Shown piece after piece: positions 39,395-53,367 of a DNA stretch of 64,000 nt. This DNA comes from Octopus sinensis (Eukaryota), in NCBI RefSeq assembly GCF_006345805.1, contig NC_043000.1:42532001-42596000 (forward strand). Reading direction: 5' to 3'. The first letter of the stretch is position 1; every line of letters starts with the position of its first letter. Under the pieces are notes generated by a model, which was not told the DNA's origin, made no database searches, and saw nothing but the letters and a program-made list of their open reading frames with translations. The position numbers and the translations under genes were made by a program.

Positions 39395-41489
39395 GTGGCC
39401 AGTGGCCTGAATACTACTACTAAAAATAATAGTAATAATAATAATAATAATAATAACAACACCAACAACACCAACAACAATGACAACATCGAAAAATAAC
39501 TTAGGAATGAGAACCCAGGTTCAAAATTTCCCCAAGACACCTGTTGATGGCTGGACGGTATATCAGCTGAAACGTGTTAACAACAAGCAAGATGAGGACA
39601 AATATCCGTCAAATGTAAATGATGTAAATAATGTACAAAATCACCGTTTTGAGACCTTACTAGAATACTGTGAAAATATTTACAAATATTTATATCCTAA
39701 CTAGGATCAGTGTAGGTGAATATAGAATGTTGTCATTATCAAGACGTATTGCACCATTGATAACATTCCTCGGGAAAATAGAAAATATAATTTCGAAAAG
39801 TTTCGGTCGTTGATTGAAACTTATATCAAATTACTACTGGATTCTTTTCTTTTATGTTATTAGTCCTGCAGAATAAGCCCTAACTATAGGTTTACAGCTC
39901 ATCCAAGACCGCTGATACTGACACAGTAAATTTTCCTTTTCAGTTACAACAAGCTAGCGTTGCTGAAAAATTCATGGGCAGCAATGCAATTAAAAAATGA
40001 CCGCTGTTCTGTGAAGTAAATAATAGGTGTAGTGATTTGCGCAGAACCCATGAGAAAACGTGAAAACAATACAGATTACTCGAATGCGTTTACTAGTAGT
40101 TCTGAATGTATTGACCACATTTTCACTAAACGCAAGGAACCGTATATCGAGAACCACGGGAATTGAGGATTTTGATAAAGTCTCATTTGTCACATTCTTA
40201 ATAGCGTCAGCTGAGTAAATAATTTATTGCAGTGATCGGAAGCGAACTTGTTAACAGAATTCTGTTAGTTCTCTATACTCGCCTGAAAGCTTTTTCGTTG
40301 ATCTACAACTTATAAAACTACGTTATTGATAATAAGAAAATCAGTTTTTCTTTCCGAAAGTTTTAATAATACGGACACCATTACTTACAATGAGAAACCA
40401 ATAACATATCATCTGCTTGCCTTTTGTGAATTCATAAATATAAATGACAATTTCATCTTACGTCACCGATGTTTATAAAACACTTTTAAACAAACGAATT
40501 CACACATATATAAAATTAGTTACAAAAGCAAATATATATACCCGTGAAGAACACCGATGATGATGGTAGCGACAAAACGAAGATGACAACGACAACGACA
40601 GCAACGATGACGACAACGAGGACAATGATGATGTTGATTGTTATGATGATGATGCAATTCTAACAACAATTGTAATAAAAACAAATCTAAAACAAAAGAT
40701 ATATTAATTCAAACAGGTTCGTTAGAACGACAAAATGAAATAGAGCAAATGGAAAAGTAAAAAAGAAAATATAGAGAAGGACGTAAATATGAAGATTTAA
40801 TATATCTATGGTAATATATAATCTTCTCTTTCATTGCATAAAAATATATACATAGTCAAATTTGAATGCAGTGTTATATGATTCATTTGCTAAGCTGCTG
40901 AATGTCGTTACTTTGCTGTGGCAAAATCTTTTATACAACGTCTTCATTATTTATTCATTGACTTTCATACATGAATATCAAAATATTGCTTTCGTTTGTT
41001 TTGCTTTTCTCGAGGAAAATGCTGTAAGTCTTTAGAATTATAGATAGCAGAAAATTGGGTGTTATAACATATATGTCTGACGTAACTGTAATAACTTTCA
41101 ACATGCAAACAAAAAGCATCGTAACTTACCAACGAAAGAGCCTGTGGCACTCGACTTACTAGAAATAGAATCCAAATGTACATCATTTTAAAACATACCA
41201 GCTTAAACAAAGTGAGACGCACTGGATAATTTAGTCTTGTATGTATCTCTGAAAGGAGGTGATAGTGATGGTTATGGTTAGAAAGCTAGTGAAGACAGCT
41301 CTATTAAATTAATATCGAGCTGAAGCTAAACAACAAAGAAACGGATCACGGTTTGACTCATCATAAAGGGGTAAAACGTAAAGAATATATTTAGTTTGAC
41401 TTGACACATGGTTTTGAAATAAGATGTTGTGATTTTGAAGATGCTATCCTTACTGTTAACTGTTGCGTAATGCTTCTGGTCACTTTGGT

Positions 41490-41700
41490 GTGTGAACTGG
41501 TAGTATTGTTAGCACGTCAGGCAAAAGGTCTTCCGGCATTTCGTCCGTCGTTTTGTCCCGTGATCAAATTCCGCCGAAGTCGACTTGGTTTTTCGTCGCT
41601 TCGGGATAGATTAAATAACTAGCAGTTGATCACTGGGATCGATGTAGTCAACTCACCCCCTACCCTGAAATTATTGGCCTTCTGCCAAAATTTTGCAACC
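41490..41700 (+). mobile_element. Degenerate SINE family A
   Basis: TTGTTAGCACG...CAAATTCCGCCGAAGTCGACTT...CACTGGGATCGATGTA. Confidence 0.7.
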
Positions 41701-41998
41701 TATGTTCCTGGTAATTTTAAGAATACCGGCTTAGTCAACTTATATATAGTTGAACCATCAACGACTAAACCAACACCCCCACCAAGCTTGCTTTGTGTCA
41801 AAGTAGAGTTGCTAGAAATCAAGCAGAGCAACATAAGACTACATACATACATACATACATACATACATACATACATACATACATACTACATACATACATA
41901 CTACATACATACATACTTACGTACGTACGTACATACATGCATCACTGATTCACTATATCAACTAGACTGTCGTATGTTGTTATACACACACGCACACG

Positions 41999-42048
<50 letters not shown>

Positions 42049-42525
42049 CGTGTGTATGTTTGTGTACATGTTTATATATGTATGTATAAACATGTATATA
42101 TACTTTTTTGCGTGTTTGTGTATGTGTGCTTGAATGTAAAATATTTATAATATGAAATATAACAGAACCGAAATAATGTTTTAAAATGAAATCTGTTAAT
42201 TCCAAAAAATCTGTAACGTTCCGTCAGCAGATTAAACACAATTATAAACAAATTAATTAAAAATAAAAGTAACAGCAAATCTTTAAATCAATATTCAAAA
42301 AATATAACAGATTTAAAAATATAAAATGTATTTATAAAAATAACACTGAAAGTAAACCTGTTTCCAAAGTAGCTACCTGCACACCTCACTTTTCCTCCAC
42401 AAAGCTATTGCAACTATGATTCGTTACAAGTGCTGTCATAAATATAATAGGGTCCAAGGCAATGATTAACTCAGTGGTCTATAACACGACTTTTGTCCTA
42501 GTTGCAAAGTATGAAAAAGGGATAA

Positions 42526-42840
42526 TATTTCCTTCAAACTTTGCTTTTGTTACATGTATTCAAATGCCAAAGAATGCGTCTCAACACATAGCTATCTTGC
42601 TCCCACGCTGCTTCTGCTTATGATTAGAAATGCACATTTTATCAGTCATTAAGGGACATGATCAAGTTGTTAAGGTCTAGCAAATTACAAGCAAATATTC
42701 TACTAGCACTGAGCAGAATATTTTGTTACAACGATATGTCTACTTCAGCAACTCAGCGCTGAATCTGTCTGAAATGTAATGGAAGATAGGTCAGTTTCAA
42801 AATGGTGTCGAGGTCGCACACGCAAAGTTTGAAGGGAATA
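42526..42840. mobile_element. MITE-like element with 19-bp inverted termini
   Basis: TATTTCCTTCAAACTTTGC (42526-42544) versus GCAAAGTTTGAAGGGAATA (42822-42840), 18/19 match. Confidence 0.45.
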
Positions 42841-44857
42841 GTAGTCATTTACTTTGATTTATAGATAGAAGCAATTAGGAAATAACACTTCCTGACTAAA
42901 AACAAAAATAAATAAATAAATATTTTGTTACACAGTGTAATATATTGCTACTAAAACAGCCCTGCTCTTCACACCACCGTAATATTTTTCATAGCTTTTA
43001 TCAACACAACAAATCTTATGGAAGATAGTTACCACTTATGTTTCAAACCCGCTAACAACTCTGCTCCCTCTATTATGCCTATATTTACTCACAATCCATA
43101 TCTAATCAGAATGTCCACAATCCTATTTACCTATCTATACCCAAAGCTACACAATGACCAGTTGTTCCAGACGATCTGGAGGCCCTGTAAAGTATTGCTT
43201 TTTGAAGCCATGTGAAAGATCATGAACATTGCATAATTTTCCTGAGCTAAAAGAAGCACGAAATTTTTAAAACGAGAACATTTTAAAACGAGAAATTTTT
43301 AAACGAGAATGTTTTAAACAAGAGGACTCACTGGACAATGTCGTTCCTGAGATACGAAAAGATATGATGGATAGCGTTTGAAGAACGCTATCATAGGTGC
43401 AATCGTGTCGACATCGTGTCTTTATGATGAGTTATAATTAAACCAGGTTTAAATTAATCTGAAGGATTACACTGTATTTCTGTAGAGTACAAAATTATTA
43501 TTCTTAAACAAGATTAGTATTAATAATGACTTCGAAGTTTCGGCCAGCTAAGCTATCGTCGGACTGCGATGCATTGAAGATAGAAGCATTTTTCGACTAG
43601 CAACTTTAAAACCTAACTACGGCCTTCTTTGAATATCAAAGTACAAAATAAACACATTTCTATACTAACAATGCCATGACATGTCTGACTACTAACCCCG
43701 CCTTCCAAATACAAACATGAAATAACTTAGACATCTTCTACAAAAAGTAAAGAAACTGACCAGTTAAAACAGACCGCTTGTTTACATTCTTTTGTAAAAC
43801 GTTAAAAAGTTATTGTACAAAAATGTTGGCACGCCCAGTTATTAAGTTTTTGAATACTGGACTAAACTTAGAACATTTGACCATTAATATATCCTATAAC
43901 CTTTATGTGAACCACTAAAAAACAACCCCACAGACTGAAGCGTACACATCTAAATGCACAAACCTGCTTACACAGATCTACATGCAGGAATAAATTCTTA
44001 AAAATAAATATCTAAAATTTAATCAATAGAATTTTCTCCAAAACACCTCTCCATCGAAACCCACCCCACAACTTAATTATTAATCCACTCAAACACACAT
44101 ACACAATCAAGATCTAATCTCAATAGAGACTTTGTCAAGTCAAAATTAACTTTCGATGATGACTTACTGGTCACCATCATCTATTTAACGTTTGTGTTTC
44201 AGACTCAGTTAGTGGGTCTGACAGGATCCGACATGTCAGAATACTACACCATGCTCCAAGGACGCTCTTCATAAGTCTAACTATAGCGTGTATGGATAAC
44301 TTTTAAGGTTCCGGCACCAGCGAGGTTACCATTAGGCATGGAAAACTAGTGAGGTTACAGCAGAGAGTGGAACAATTCTATAGTATCAGATGGGAGGTGA
44401 ACGTCTGTGATAAGAAACCTTAACAGAAGAGACGTCCCACTGTAGAGGAGCTAAATTGTTCTTCAGATTTAGAAGAGTCAAAGAAGGTTCGCGCTGGAGC
44501 TGGAAAGAGATCAAAATACTGGTGATGAGGCGTCATGGTGTATGTACACTCAAGGTACGAGCAGAATAGGAGAGGAGACAGAAAGATAGGAAGTGTAGGC
44601 GGGTAGAGTTTGTAAGAGTTTGGGAGAGTGAGAAGTGGTTAGAAACAAGTGATGGCTGAGAGGTTAAATATAATGATGAACAAGAGCTGAGGTATGGCAA
44701 GCAGAGATTGAAAGAAAGAAGGCAGTATTGGTGACAGCTACAGAGATTTGGACAGGGTCGGGATCGACAAATGATACATGAATTAGGGTGGTAGGGGAGA
44801 GGGGAGGGCTGACTGGCAGAAAAAGACGAGGTGTGGAGTAATGAGTAGCAGAGTATT

Positions 44858-45060
44858 GGTTTCAAATTTTGGTACAAAGCTTAAAATTTTAAGAGAGAGT
44901 TCAAGTCGATTGCAACAGTAATCAATTAGAACTTATTTTTATCGAATCTGGAAGGATGAAAGGCAAAGTTGACCTCGGTGGAATTTGAACTCAGACCGTA
45001 AAAAGGAGCGAAATGCCACGAAGCATTTTGCCCGGTATGCTAACGTTTCTGCCAGCTCGC
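44858..45060 (-). mobile_element. SINE family A
   Basis: GAAGGATGAAAGGCAAAGTTGACCTCGGTGGAATTTGAACTCAG...TTCTGCCAGCTCGC. Confidence 0.85.
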
Positions 45061-45774
45061 GGTTTTAAAGTGGCAGAATATCAATACTTATAATAATAGT
45101 AAACCAAGGGAAAATGAGAGAGTATGGGAAAAGGAGTGGGCGGATAAGAAAGAGATGATATTTGTTGGGTATTTTTTTTAAATGTGAGATAGGCTTAGTG
45201 AAAGGGGAATTGGTGAGACAAATGATAATGAAAGAGAGATACTTTTGTGTGCTACAGTGAAGAGAGCAAGACGGATAAGAAGTATTAAGGAAAATCCTGT
45301 GAAGTATGCAGTTCTGCAAAGCAAACAAAAAACATATATATGTGCATGCATACATATGTGTATGTGAATGTGTGTTTGCATGTTTGTGAGCATGTGTAAT
45401 TCATTAAATAGTTACACCGAAAGCGTATGTTCTAATTGTGTGTGTGTATGTGTGTGTACGTATGTATGTATGCAAGTATATATATATATACGGTCGGATT
45501 AAAACAGTAGTATTCAATTGGCTATTCATAATTTCCGTTTGTTTCCTACTGCTTTTCATATAAGCAGCTGTTTTTAAGAGTATTTCATTAACTGTTGTGT
45601 ATGAGTAGACTTAGTATTTATGTTTAATGAAGACAATAAATTTCCTTCTGGCTTGTGGTAGTCTAGTGCAACTTCTTTCACTTGTTTCAAATATGAATAT
45701 GGTAAACATTAATGTAAGCTTGATGAGTTTTATTAACGACAAAAATATCCGCATCTATATGTATATAATAAGTA

Positions 45775-45922
45775 GACCGGAGTAAACACATAAATGTGAA
45801 ACAAGGTGGAAAAAAGAGTACTCAAATACCAGTGATAGAGTAATATGCTTTATTTTAAGCAGCAGAAAATTCAACAAAATCTGTTACTCTGAGTTTCTCG
45901 TTGCCGTTCATCAGACAGTTTT
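45775..45922 (-). mobile_element. 148-bp HHR-bearing retro-insertion with a 15-bp TSD
   Basis: TGTATATAATAAGTA occurs at 45760-45774 and 45923-45937. Confidence 0.75.
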
Positions 45923-45923
45923 T
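45876..45923 (-). ncRNA. Type I hammerhead ribozyme
   Basis: AAAAACUGU-CUGAUGA-aCG(GCAA)CGa-GAAA-CUC a GAG-UA^ACAGAUUUU. Stem I pairs 8/9, loop II is GNRA, stem III is quasi-palindromic. Confidence 0.7.
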
Positions 45924-46309
45924 GTATATAATAAGTATACAGATTCGTATGTATGAATGAATGTATGTATGTCATTGTTCAGCTTTATTTCAAGAATTCT
46001 TGCCAAAAGAGAAAGAGCCTGTTTCTAACCTAGATCAAAAGCTCCTTCAGGGTATTTTTGTACGTACGTACGTATGTATGTATGTATGTATGTATGTATG
46101 TATGTATGTATGTATGTATGTATGTATGTATGTATGTATGTATATGTTCAGATTTGTATGTTTTGTTTTATGTACGTATTCTCATGCATATAGATGCATA
46201 TCTAGACATGCTGATATATATCTAAATGATAAACTTCTGGAAAGTTTTATAGATTTTTACAGTTCCAGTGATGAATTGGATTTGAAATCTTTGAATTAGA
46301 TTTCTGCTT

Positions 46310-46560
46310 CCTGGCTTTGAGAAGCATATTTAGGCAGTGTGTTACATACCCCAAGGCCGCAATGATTACAGGTATAAACCTGAACTTGTAATATGGATAA
46401 AGTAACTGCATATTTCTCAATAGTCCAGGGTAGATATTCTCTTTTTCACTGATCTTCAGTTTCATGTTAACATACGCTGGTTTCTTTTCTCTATACCAAA
46501 TCATTATATCAGGTCTGTTGTGCTTACATTTTACTGAGGTCTTCACTGGGACATTCCATC
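46310..46560 (-). mobile_element. RLE endonuclease fragment of a further non-LTR family
   Basis: WNVPVKTSVKCKHNRPDIMIW...KENIY...FIPVIIAALGYV (ORF 46247-46546). Confidence 0.75.
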
Positions 46561-46590
46561 GTACTCCTTTTAGAATGAGTAGCCATGGCG

Positions 46591-46630
<40 letters not shown>

Positions 46631-47913
46631 TGTGTCTGTGTGCGTGTGTGCCTGTGTATATTCAGATACATGTACAGCACGTATCTGAACATACTGTTAT
46701 ATTTGAAAGCATACACGTATATATGGGCGCGCGCACACACACACACATGCATACATACATAAAAATTAGTGTGTGTGTGTGTATGTATTACTAATGTATT
46801 ACCGAGCAGAACTTTTTTATTTACTGATATAGATCATGGAATTTGCATGTGTTGGTAGAATAATTCTTCCTCTATAGAAACCTTTCTTGTCTTCGTCGCA
46901 GACGATATTAAGACTCAAGCTGAAATAACTAACCGGTATTTAGTTCTTTAAGAATGATGGTTGTAGGCTGTCTGATACAGAAATGGGTACAGTTGTTTAC
47001 GGAAATGATACCAGTGACCTGAATAGCGTGCATAGGTTCAGGAAGACGTGTTAAGAAGACAGATCATGAAGTGAAAGAACATTAACCTCAGCCACTGACA
47101 AGAAGGAATAGTGAATGGCCGAATTGATTCACGCAGACAGACTAGTCACCAACTTTGGGTTTGCTGTTCAATTGCATTGTAGTTAAAATGCATTACATGT
47201 GGCAGAACATTTAGGTATCAAAAGTTCGTGCAATTTCATGGGGAGAATTGTAGAAATCGAGTCTGATTTGGTGGAACCGATTGAACCTTATGAAGGTTCT
47301 GGTGACAGAGTATAAACTCTGATCGTATTTTTAGGATGCAGCACACTTCTCCAAAGCTTAGAAAGTTCAAGGGAGTAAACGGCACAGGAAGTCTCAGAAA
47401 CGCTGTGATTGATATATATCTAATAACCTGGAAATGATTTATGTTTTTAATCCCTGAATTTATTGAGGTTCCAATATTTGGATGTGTGGGTTTCTACTTC
47501 ACAAAATAATTTTCGCTCGTTCTAAGAATGATTTCATTTTCATGAGCGAAATCGCTCGACGCTTCTGCTTTACTAATTTTTTTCTAATTAAGAGAAAACC
47601 TTCATAATTATCAAGACTAGACGATTAAATGATTATTTTTCACATTTACTTAATCCTGTGTATTTACATCGTTTGCTTGTATTAAATAGATATGTGTCAT
47701 TTACAGCGCTAAATTGTGTTGCCCCTTTTTCTGTAGCACAATGCATTAGAGGCAAGACTGCTGGAAACGCATTCAACAATAACTTGATTTCATAAAGGAA
47801 GGATAACATTTTAAGTGAAATCTGTCTTCCATTATATAGAATAAGCTTTCGTTAAGAACAATTAAATGGTGCACTTCAGTCGCATCAAGGTAAGGTCTCC
47901 TGCTAGTGTATGC

Positions 47914-47995
<82 letters not shown>

Positions 47996-48340
47996 ACACA
48001 TCATTACTAATACATATCATTAGTACAAGCTGGTAAATTCTGAAACGCTTCAGGTAATTTATTACGTGTCTGTAGACATACACGCGATCTTGTCTCTTCT
48101 ATCTTTGACCCACCAAATCATTGCAAATATGAGAGTGAAGTAGAAGGGGAGCATTCAGGTAGTACTCATTTTCAATTTTGTAGACCACAACATGGGGCAT
48201 TGGGGCATTGGGGAATTGCTCAAGGACGCAAACATCGTGTGGTCCATGAACTCGAGACGATGTACCAAACACACTAACTACTGAGCCACGGATCTTCACC
48301 AAAGCATATCTCTCTCCCTCTGTCAGTCAGTCTGTCTGTA

Positions 48341-48397
<57 letters not shown>

Positions 48398-50975
48398 GCA
48401 TATATGTATTATGCATACATATATACATAGGGAGAGTAGTATTATAAATATAGTGCAGTAAATTTAGTGATATGGAAAAATATTTAGTATTTTATGGTCT
48501 GTACCTGGACCTCAACAAACATAAGAATCTCATCTATAAGAATAGGAATGTAGATAGTATAAATTGAAATATATAATTTAAATATTAGAGTAGCTTAGCT
48601 CTGTGGTGAAATTATTGGGATATTAATATATTCCTTGCATTCTGACGAAGCGAGGTGAATGAAATTTTGATCGGTCGCTTCTCAATTTGTTGGCTAGTTT
48701 TCAGAAAGGAATTACAGAGAAAGGGGATTTTCCTATGGACTAATGAACGACGTTGAGAGGAGACGAAACGAATCAATCGGAAATGCCCCCCGAATGAAAG
48801 TGGCATGAATGTAGCCAGAACGGAGAAACTGAGACCATTTCAGCAATAGTCGGAGGTATTGCTAAACAATCTTGGGATTCATTGTGTTTAATGCAGGTAA
48901 ACATTAGAATAAAAGTTTTCATCAGTGTTGCACAAAATTTAGGGCCTTAACTCAAATCAAATGTCAGAACGAATAGAATGTTTCAACAGTTGTTACTAGA
49001 CAAAAACGAGCAGTGTATTTGTAAGTTTTACATGACGTATGTAGTTTGTTGCTTCTGAAAGGGTTTACAATTGAATTTTGTAATTGTGCCGCTTCAAAAT
49101 GAAAATGAGGTTTATCTCTGCCAACAGATAACAACAAATTAATGACGATTCATTTAGTTTTTGGTGCATTTTAAAAGAAATTCAATGAAATTCTCAGTTT
49201 CAAGGAACCAATCTAACAATTATAAACTGAAAACATTTCGCTTCCTTATTTATAGAAAATCTTCATCTTTTCTCTCTTAATCTTTTACAGTGGAAATTTC
49301 ATCAGTTTAATGAATTGTTATCAATTAAAATAGTTTACCCTGCAGAGAAGATTAAAATTTTCAGTAATTAACTCAATGAAAATGAATATGGAAAACTATT
49401 TATTGATATTTTAAATTTGATACTGCATAACTTGATGGGTAATACTCTTGATGCAGTATTGTAAATCCTGAGATATGATAACGACAGGAGATCGAATTTC
49501 AGTAGCTATGGTAATTAGAAACTGTTGTAAAAGTTAATAAAAACACCTACCTCATTGAAATGTCTGGAAAACTACATATAATACTCTGCTATATTTCTCC
49601 TACGTCATATTTTATTGAATCAGGGTTTAATGATATTTTATGAAGCAAACTAATTGTATGAAACTCGACGAAACAGAGGATATTTGTTTGATTTTCGCAA
49701 AAATAAAATTATACAAACGGTATGCAGTTTCATAGCATCAGACACAAGAATTTATAAAGATCAAATTAATTTTCTTAGTTCACAAAGACGATGTAACTTT
49801 AGTAACAAGTTTTTTCAACAAAGGAAAACTATGTGTGTGTGTGAAATATTGACAGTATCACATACGTAGTGTAGCTTCAGTATTTCGTCTAAGAGACTTC
49901 CCTTTAAAGATAGATTGTAAAAAAAATTTTTTAAATAAAACAGAAAACATCACATTTAATCGAAACGAAATTGGCCCGAAATATATATATCGATATTTCG
50001 CAGTTTTCTCAGCACCAGCGCCTATTCTAGCACTGTTCGCTGCAGTGAGATGAATCGCTGTTATCTCTAGAGGTCGAACGTCCATCATTTGCAGCACCAT
50101 AGTAATTTGAGATCACATGATCTGTTGGTCTCGGCGCTGGAGGTGGCAAGGGTTTATCTCCCCGCTAACGGTGTAACCAAGTGTGCAATTTGCACCAAAA
50201 ACCAGCATGAGAGTTTTTGTCATGAGCACTATCGCAGTATAGTTTATTCTAACTGAATACACACTCACACACACACACACAATTAAAAAGATTTTGGACT
50301 GTTTCTTTCTATCAAATTTCCGTACGTAACATTAATCGGCTCAATGCTATAATAGAAGACACTCAATGGAATTGAACACCAAGTGGTTGCGAAGCAATCA
50401 CGCAACGATATATATATATAATTTTTCAAATATATATCTCTACAGTATATCATCCTGTATAAATGTATTTATTATATTTCCCAAAGATGCTGTAGTATAA
50501 GTTATATCACAAGAATTTCACAGTATATGGTTCATAAATTACAAAGCAGACATAAAACATAAATTATGATTTAAGTTATTCAATAAACGGCATCAAAATT
50601 TTAAACTGTTTCATATATTCAGATACAAGCAACACGTTTTCTGCTTTGAATCTACATTATTGCTTCAGGTTATGTCGAATAGTGTAGCTAAATAATTGGT
50701 TAAGATGTAAAATCAGTACCATTGATTTTCTATGAAATTTTCATACTTTGCTCGCTTTGCTTGCAGAATAAATATTTCCCTGGTGTGGTATGTATGTATA
50801 TTTTGAAGTTACCTGAAAGGTGGCTGTTTTATAAAGTAGAGGTGTGGTAGGTTTTCCACTTAATTTAATGAATATTCGATGAGTTGGTGATAGCCTTTAT
50901 AGATAGTGCAAGAATAGTCTACATTAATTCAAATGCATAGATATTTTGTGTATGTATGTATGTATGTGTGTGTGT

Positions 50976-51009
<34 letters not shown>

Positions 51010-51837
51010 AGTGTGTCTGTGAACGTGCGTGTTTGCCTGCTTGGTACGTATTTCTGTGGCTGTGTTTCTGTCTGATTCATTTAGGCGCATGTGTGCAAGG
51101 AAGCAAATAATTCTACGCATTTCTTTATGCATATACCTATGTAGACACACACACACACACACACACACATACACACACACAAACACACACCCACATTTGT
51201 ATATATGTTTATATATGGGCATATATACATATATATATTTATATACGTGCATGTATATGCATATATATATACATACGTAAATAGGTATATGCACATTTAG
51301 ACATCCACCAACCTGTATCTCATTTACACCCGTATGTGTATTTGCGTGTGTGTGTATGTGTGTGTGTGCACGCGTGCATTATGCATGTTTGTATGCATGG
51401 ATGGAAGGATTGATGGATGGATGGATATTCGAGACTCATTCTTGCTTCGTGCATGATCGAAGTTGAAACCGTATGTTCAAGATGGAAGGCTTTCATTGTG
51501 AAAGAGTCATTTTAACTATTTAGGCACAGAAACACATCGACTTTCACCTTACCCTTTAATTTTTCTCCGACATTGTTAATTAAGATCATAAGCTTTCACT
51601 GAACATGTTGCAAAAATGCGACGAAACATTTTCACAACAAATAACACACACTTCTATATGTAAATCAATTTTATACATGTACGCTCACACACGTACATAT
51701 ATGTGTTTGAATGTACATATGTGTGAATGATGTATAAGTTTGCCAATACTCCAACCCGCAATCTGACTGAAACAAGCAGCTAATGCATACGTAAGCGCAT
51801 ATTTGCAGTGAATATATTAATTGCTATTATTATTATT

Positions 51838-52972
51838 CAGTAGTCTTACTTTTACAACGTGCTTTCACTGCGCAACCGAGCCCAGCTCTGTGTGCCTTGG
51901 GTATGTGCTGTGGTTTGTTGTGATGCTCGTCTTTTTACTGTATTGAGAATCTTTTACGTTGGATGTCTGCGGAGCCTAGTAGTGCTATCTTCTGCATGTT
52001 ATATATACTTGTTAGTCCCCGTGTTTTTGCTATGTATTTGTCTGAATATTTTTTTTATCACACCTAATGCGCTCACTATGATAGGAATTATTTCTGTTAT
52101 TAGACTCCACATTCGAGTTATCTCTATTTCAAGATCCTTGTGTTTTGAGAGTTTATCCGTTGCTTTTACAGAAATATTGTCAACTGCTGGTATTGATACA
52201 TCGATCAGAATGTATTTTTTCCCCTTGGTGATACTTGACAACTATAACCAGCCTATTGGTCTTAATTTCTCTATCTGTGTGTATTGTCATATCCTAGAAT
52301 ATTGTTACTTTCTCATTTTCAGTGACCTTATCTGGCGTGTGCCTATACCATCTGTTTTCTGTTGTTATTCCATAGTGTTGGCATAACTTCCATTCTATAC
52401 AAGTCCCAACTCTGTCGTTTCTGTGAATATATTCCTTCTTATCCAGGACTGGGCAGCCAGAGACAATAAGATTTATTGCTTCTCCTCCATCTCCACATAT
52501 GCTGCAGTTACTTGTATTTCTTTTCATTACATGTTTTGGTAATTACTTGTAAGAAGGCTTTGATCATGTGCTGTAATTAAAAATCTTTCAGTCTCTATTT
52601 TGAGTCCTGAGCTTCTCAGTCATTGGTGGGATTTTACTTTGTCTATTTCTTATCTGTTTAGTTTAACTCAGTATTTGTTATGAAGGGGGTTTTCTTGCAA
52701 TCGTTTAATCAAGATCTATTGCGATTCTAGTTTTAGTTTGGATTTCAGTTGTTCTACAGCTTTTACTATTTTTTCGTATTCTTCATAGTTGTTAGGTACT
52801 ATGACTGCTTATTTGTTAATGCCAGCTTCTTAAGGAAGACTGAAAACAGGTTTTTTTTGCTTTGTTAGTTGTTTTGCGGCTAATTGTATTAGTTTTCCTT
52901 GTTTCTGAAGCAGGTATTTCTGTAGTCCTATAGTTTTCTAGCTGTATAGACCCTCTACCTCCTTCGATACGT
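51838..52972 (-). mobile_element. Older, more diverged copy of R4/Dong family 1
   Basis: Colinear with 18670-19830. ORFs include CSICGDG.E.INLIVSGC..L.KKEYIHRNDRV and LIDVSIP...KLSKHKDLEIE. Flanked by (ATT)/(ATC) tracts. Confidence 0.9.
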
Positions 52973-53012
52973 TCATATCTTCATCATCATCATCATCATT
53001 ATTATATTATTA

Positions 53013-53055
<43 letters not shown>

Positions 53056-53071
53056 GTTGTTGTTGTTGTTG

Positions 53072-53144
<73 letters not shown>

Positions 53145-53254
53145 TATATCATCATCACCTCTACCACCACCATCATCAACAAACACCATCGTAGTCCTCG
53201 TCATCATCCTCATCGTCATTCCCCTCCTATTCCTCCGCTTCCTCCTCCTCCTCG

Positions 53255-53285
<31 letters not shown>

Positions 53286-53290
53286 TATTA

Positions 53291-53325
<35 letters not shown>

Positions 53326-53367
53326 TATTATTATTATTATTATTATTATTTTATTATTATCATCATT

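Larger units (their letters stand above)
38996..39635. mobile_element. Head-to-head pair of a tRNA-headed, HHR-bearing SINE/retrozyme-like element with a 13-bp TSD
   Basis: A minus copy (~39005-39397) and a 5'-truncated plus copy (39400-39635) are inverted homologues. CAAAATCACCGTT occurs at 38983-38995 and 39636-39648. Confidence 0.8.
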
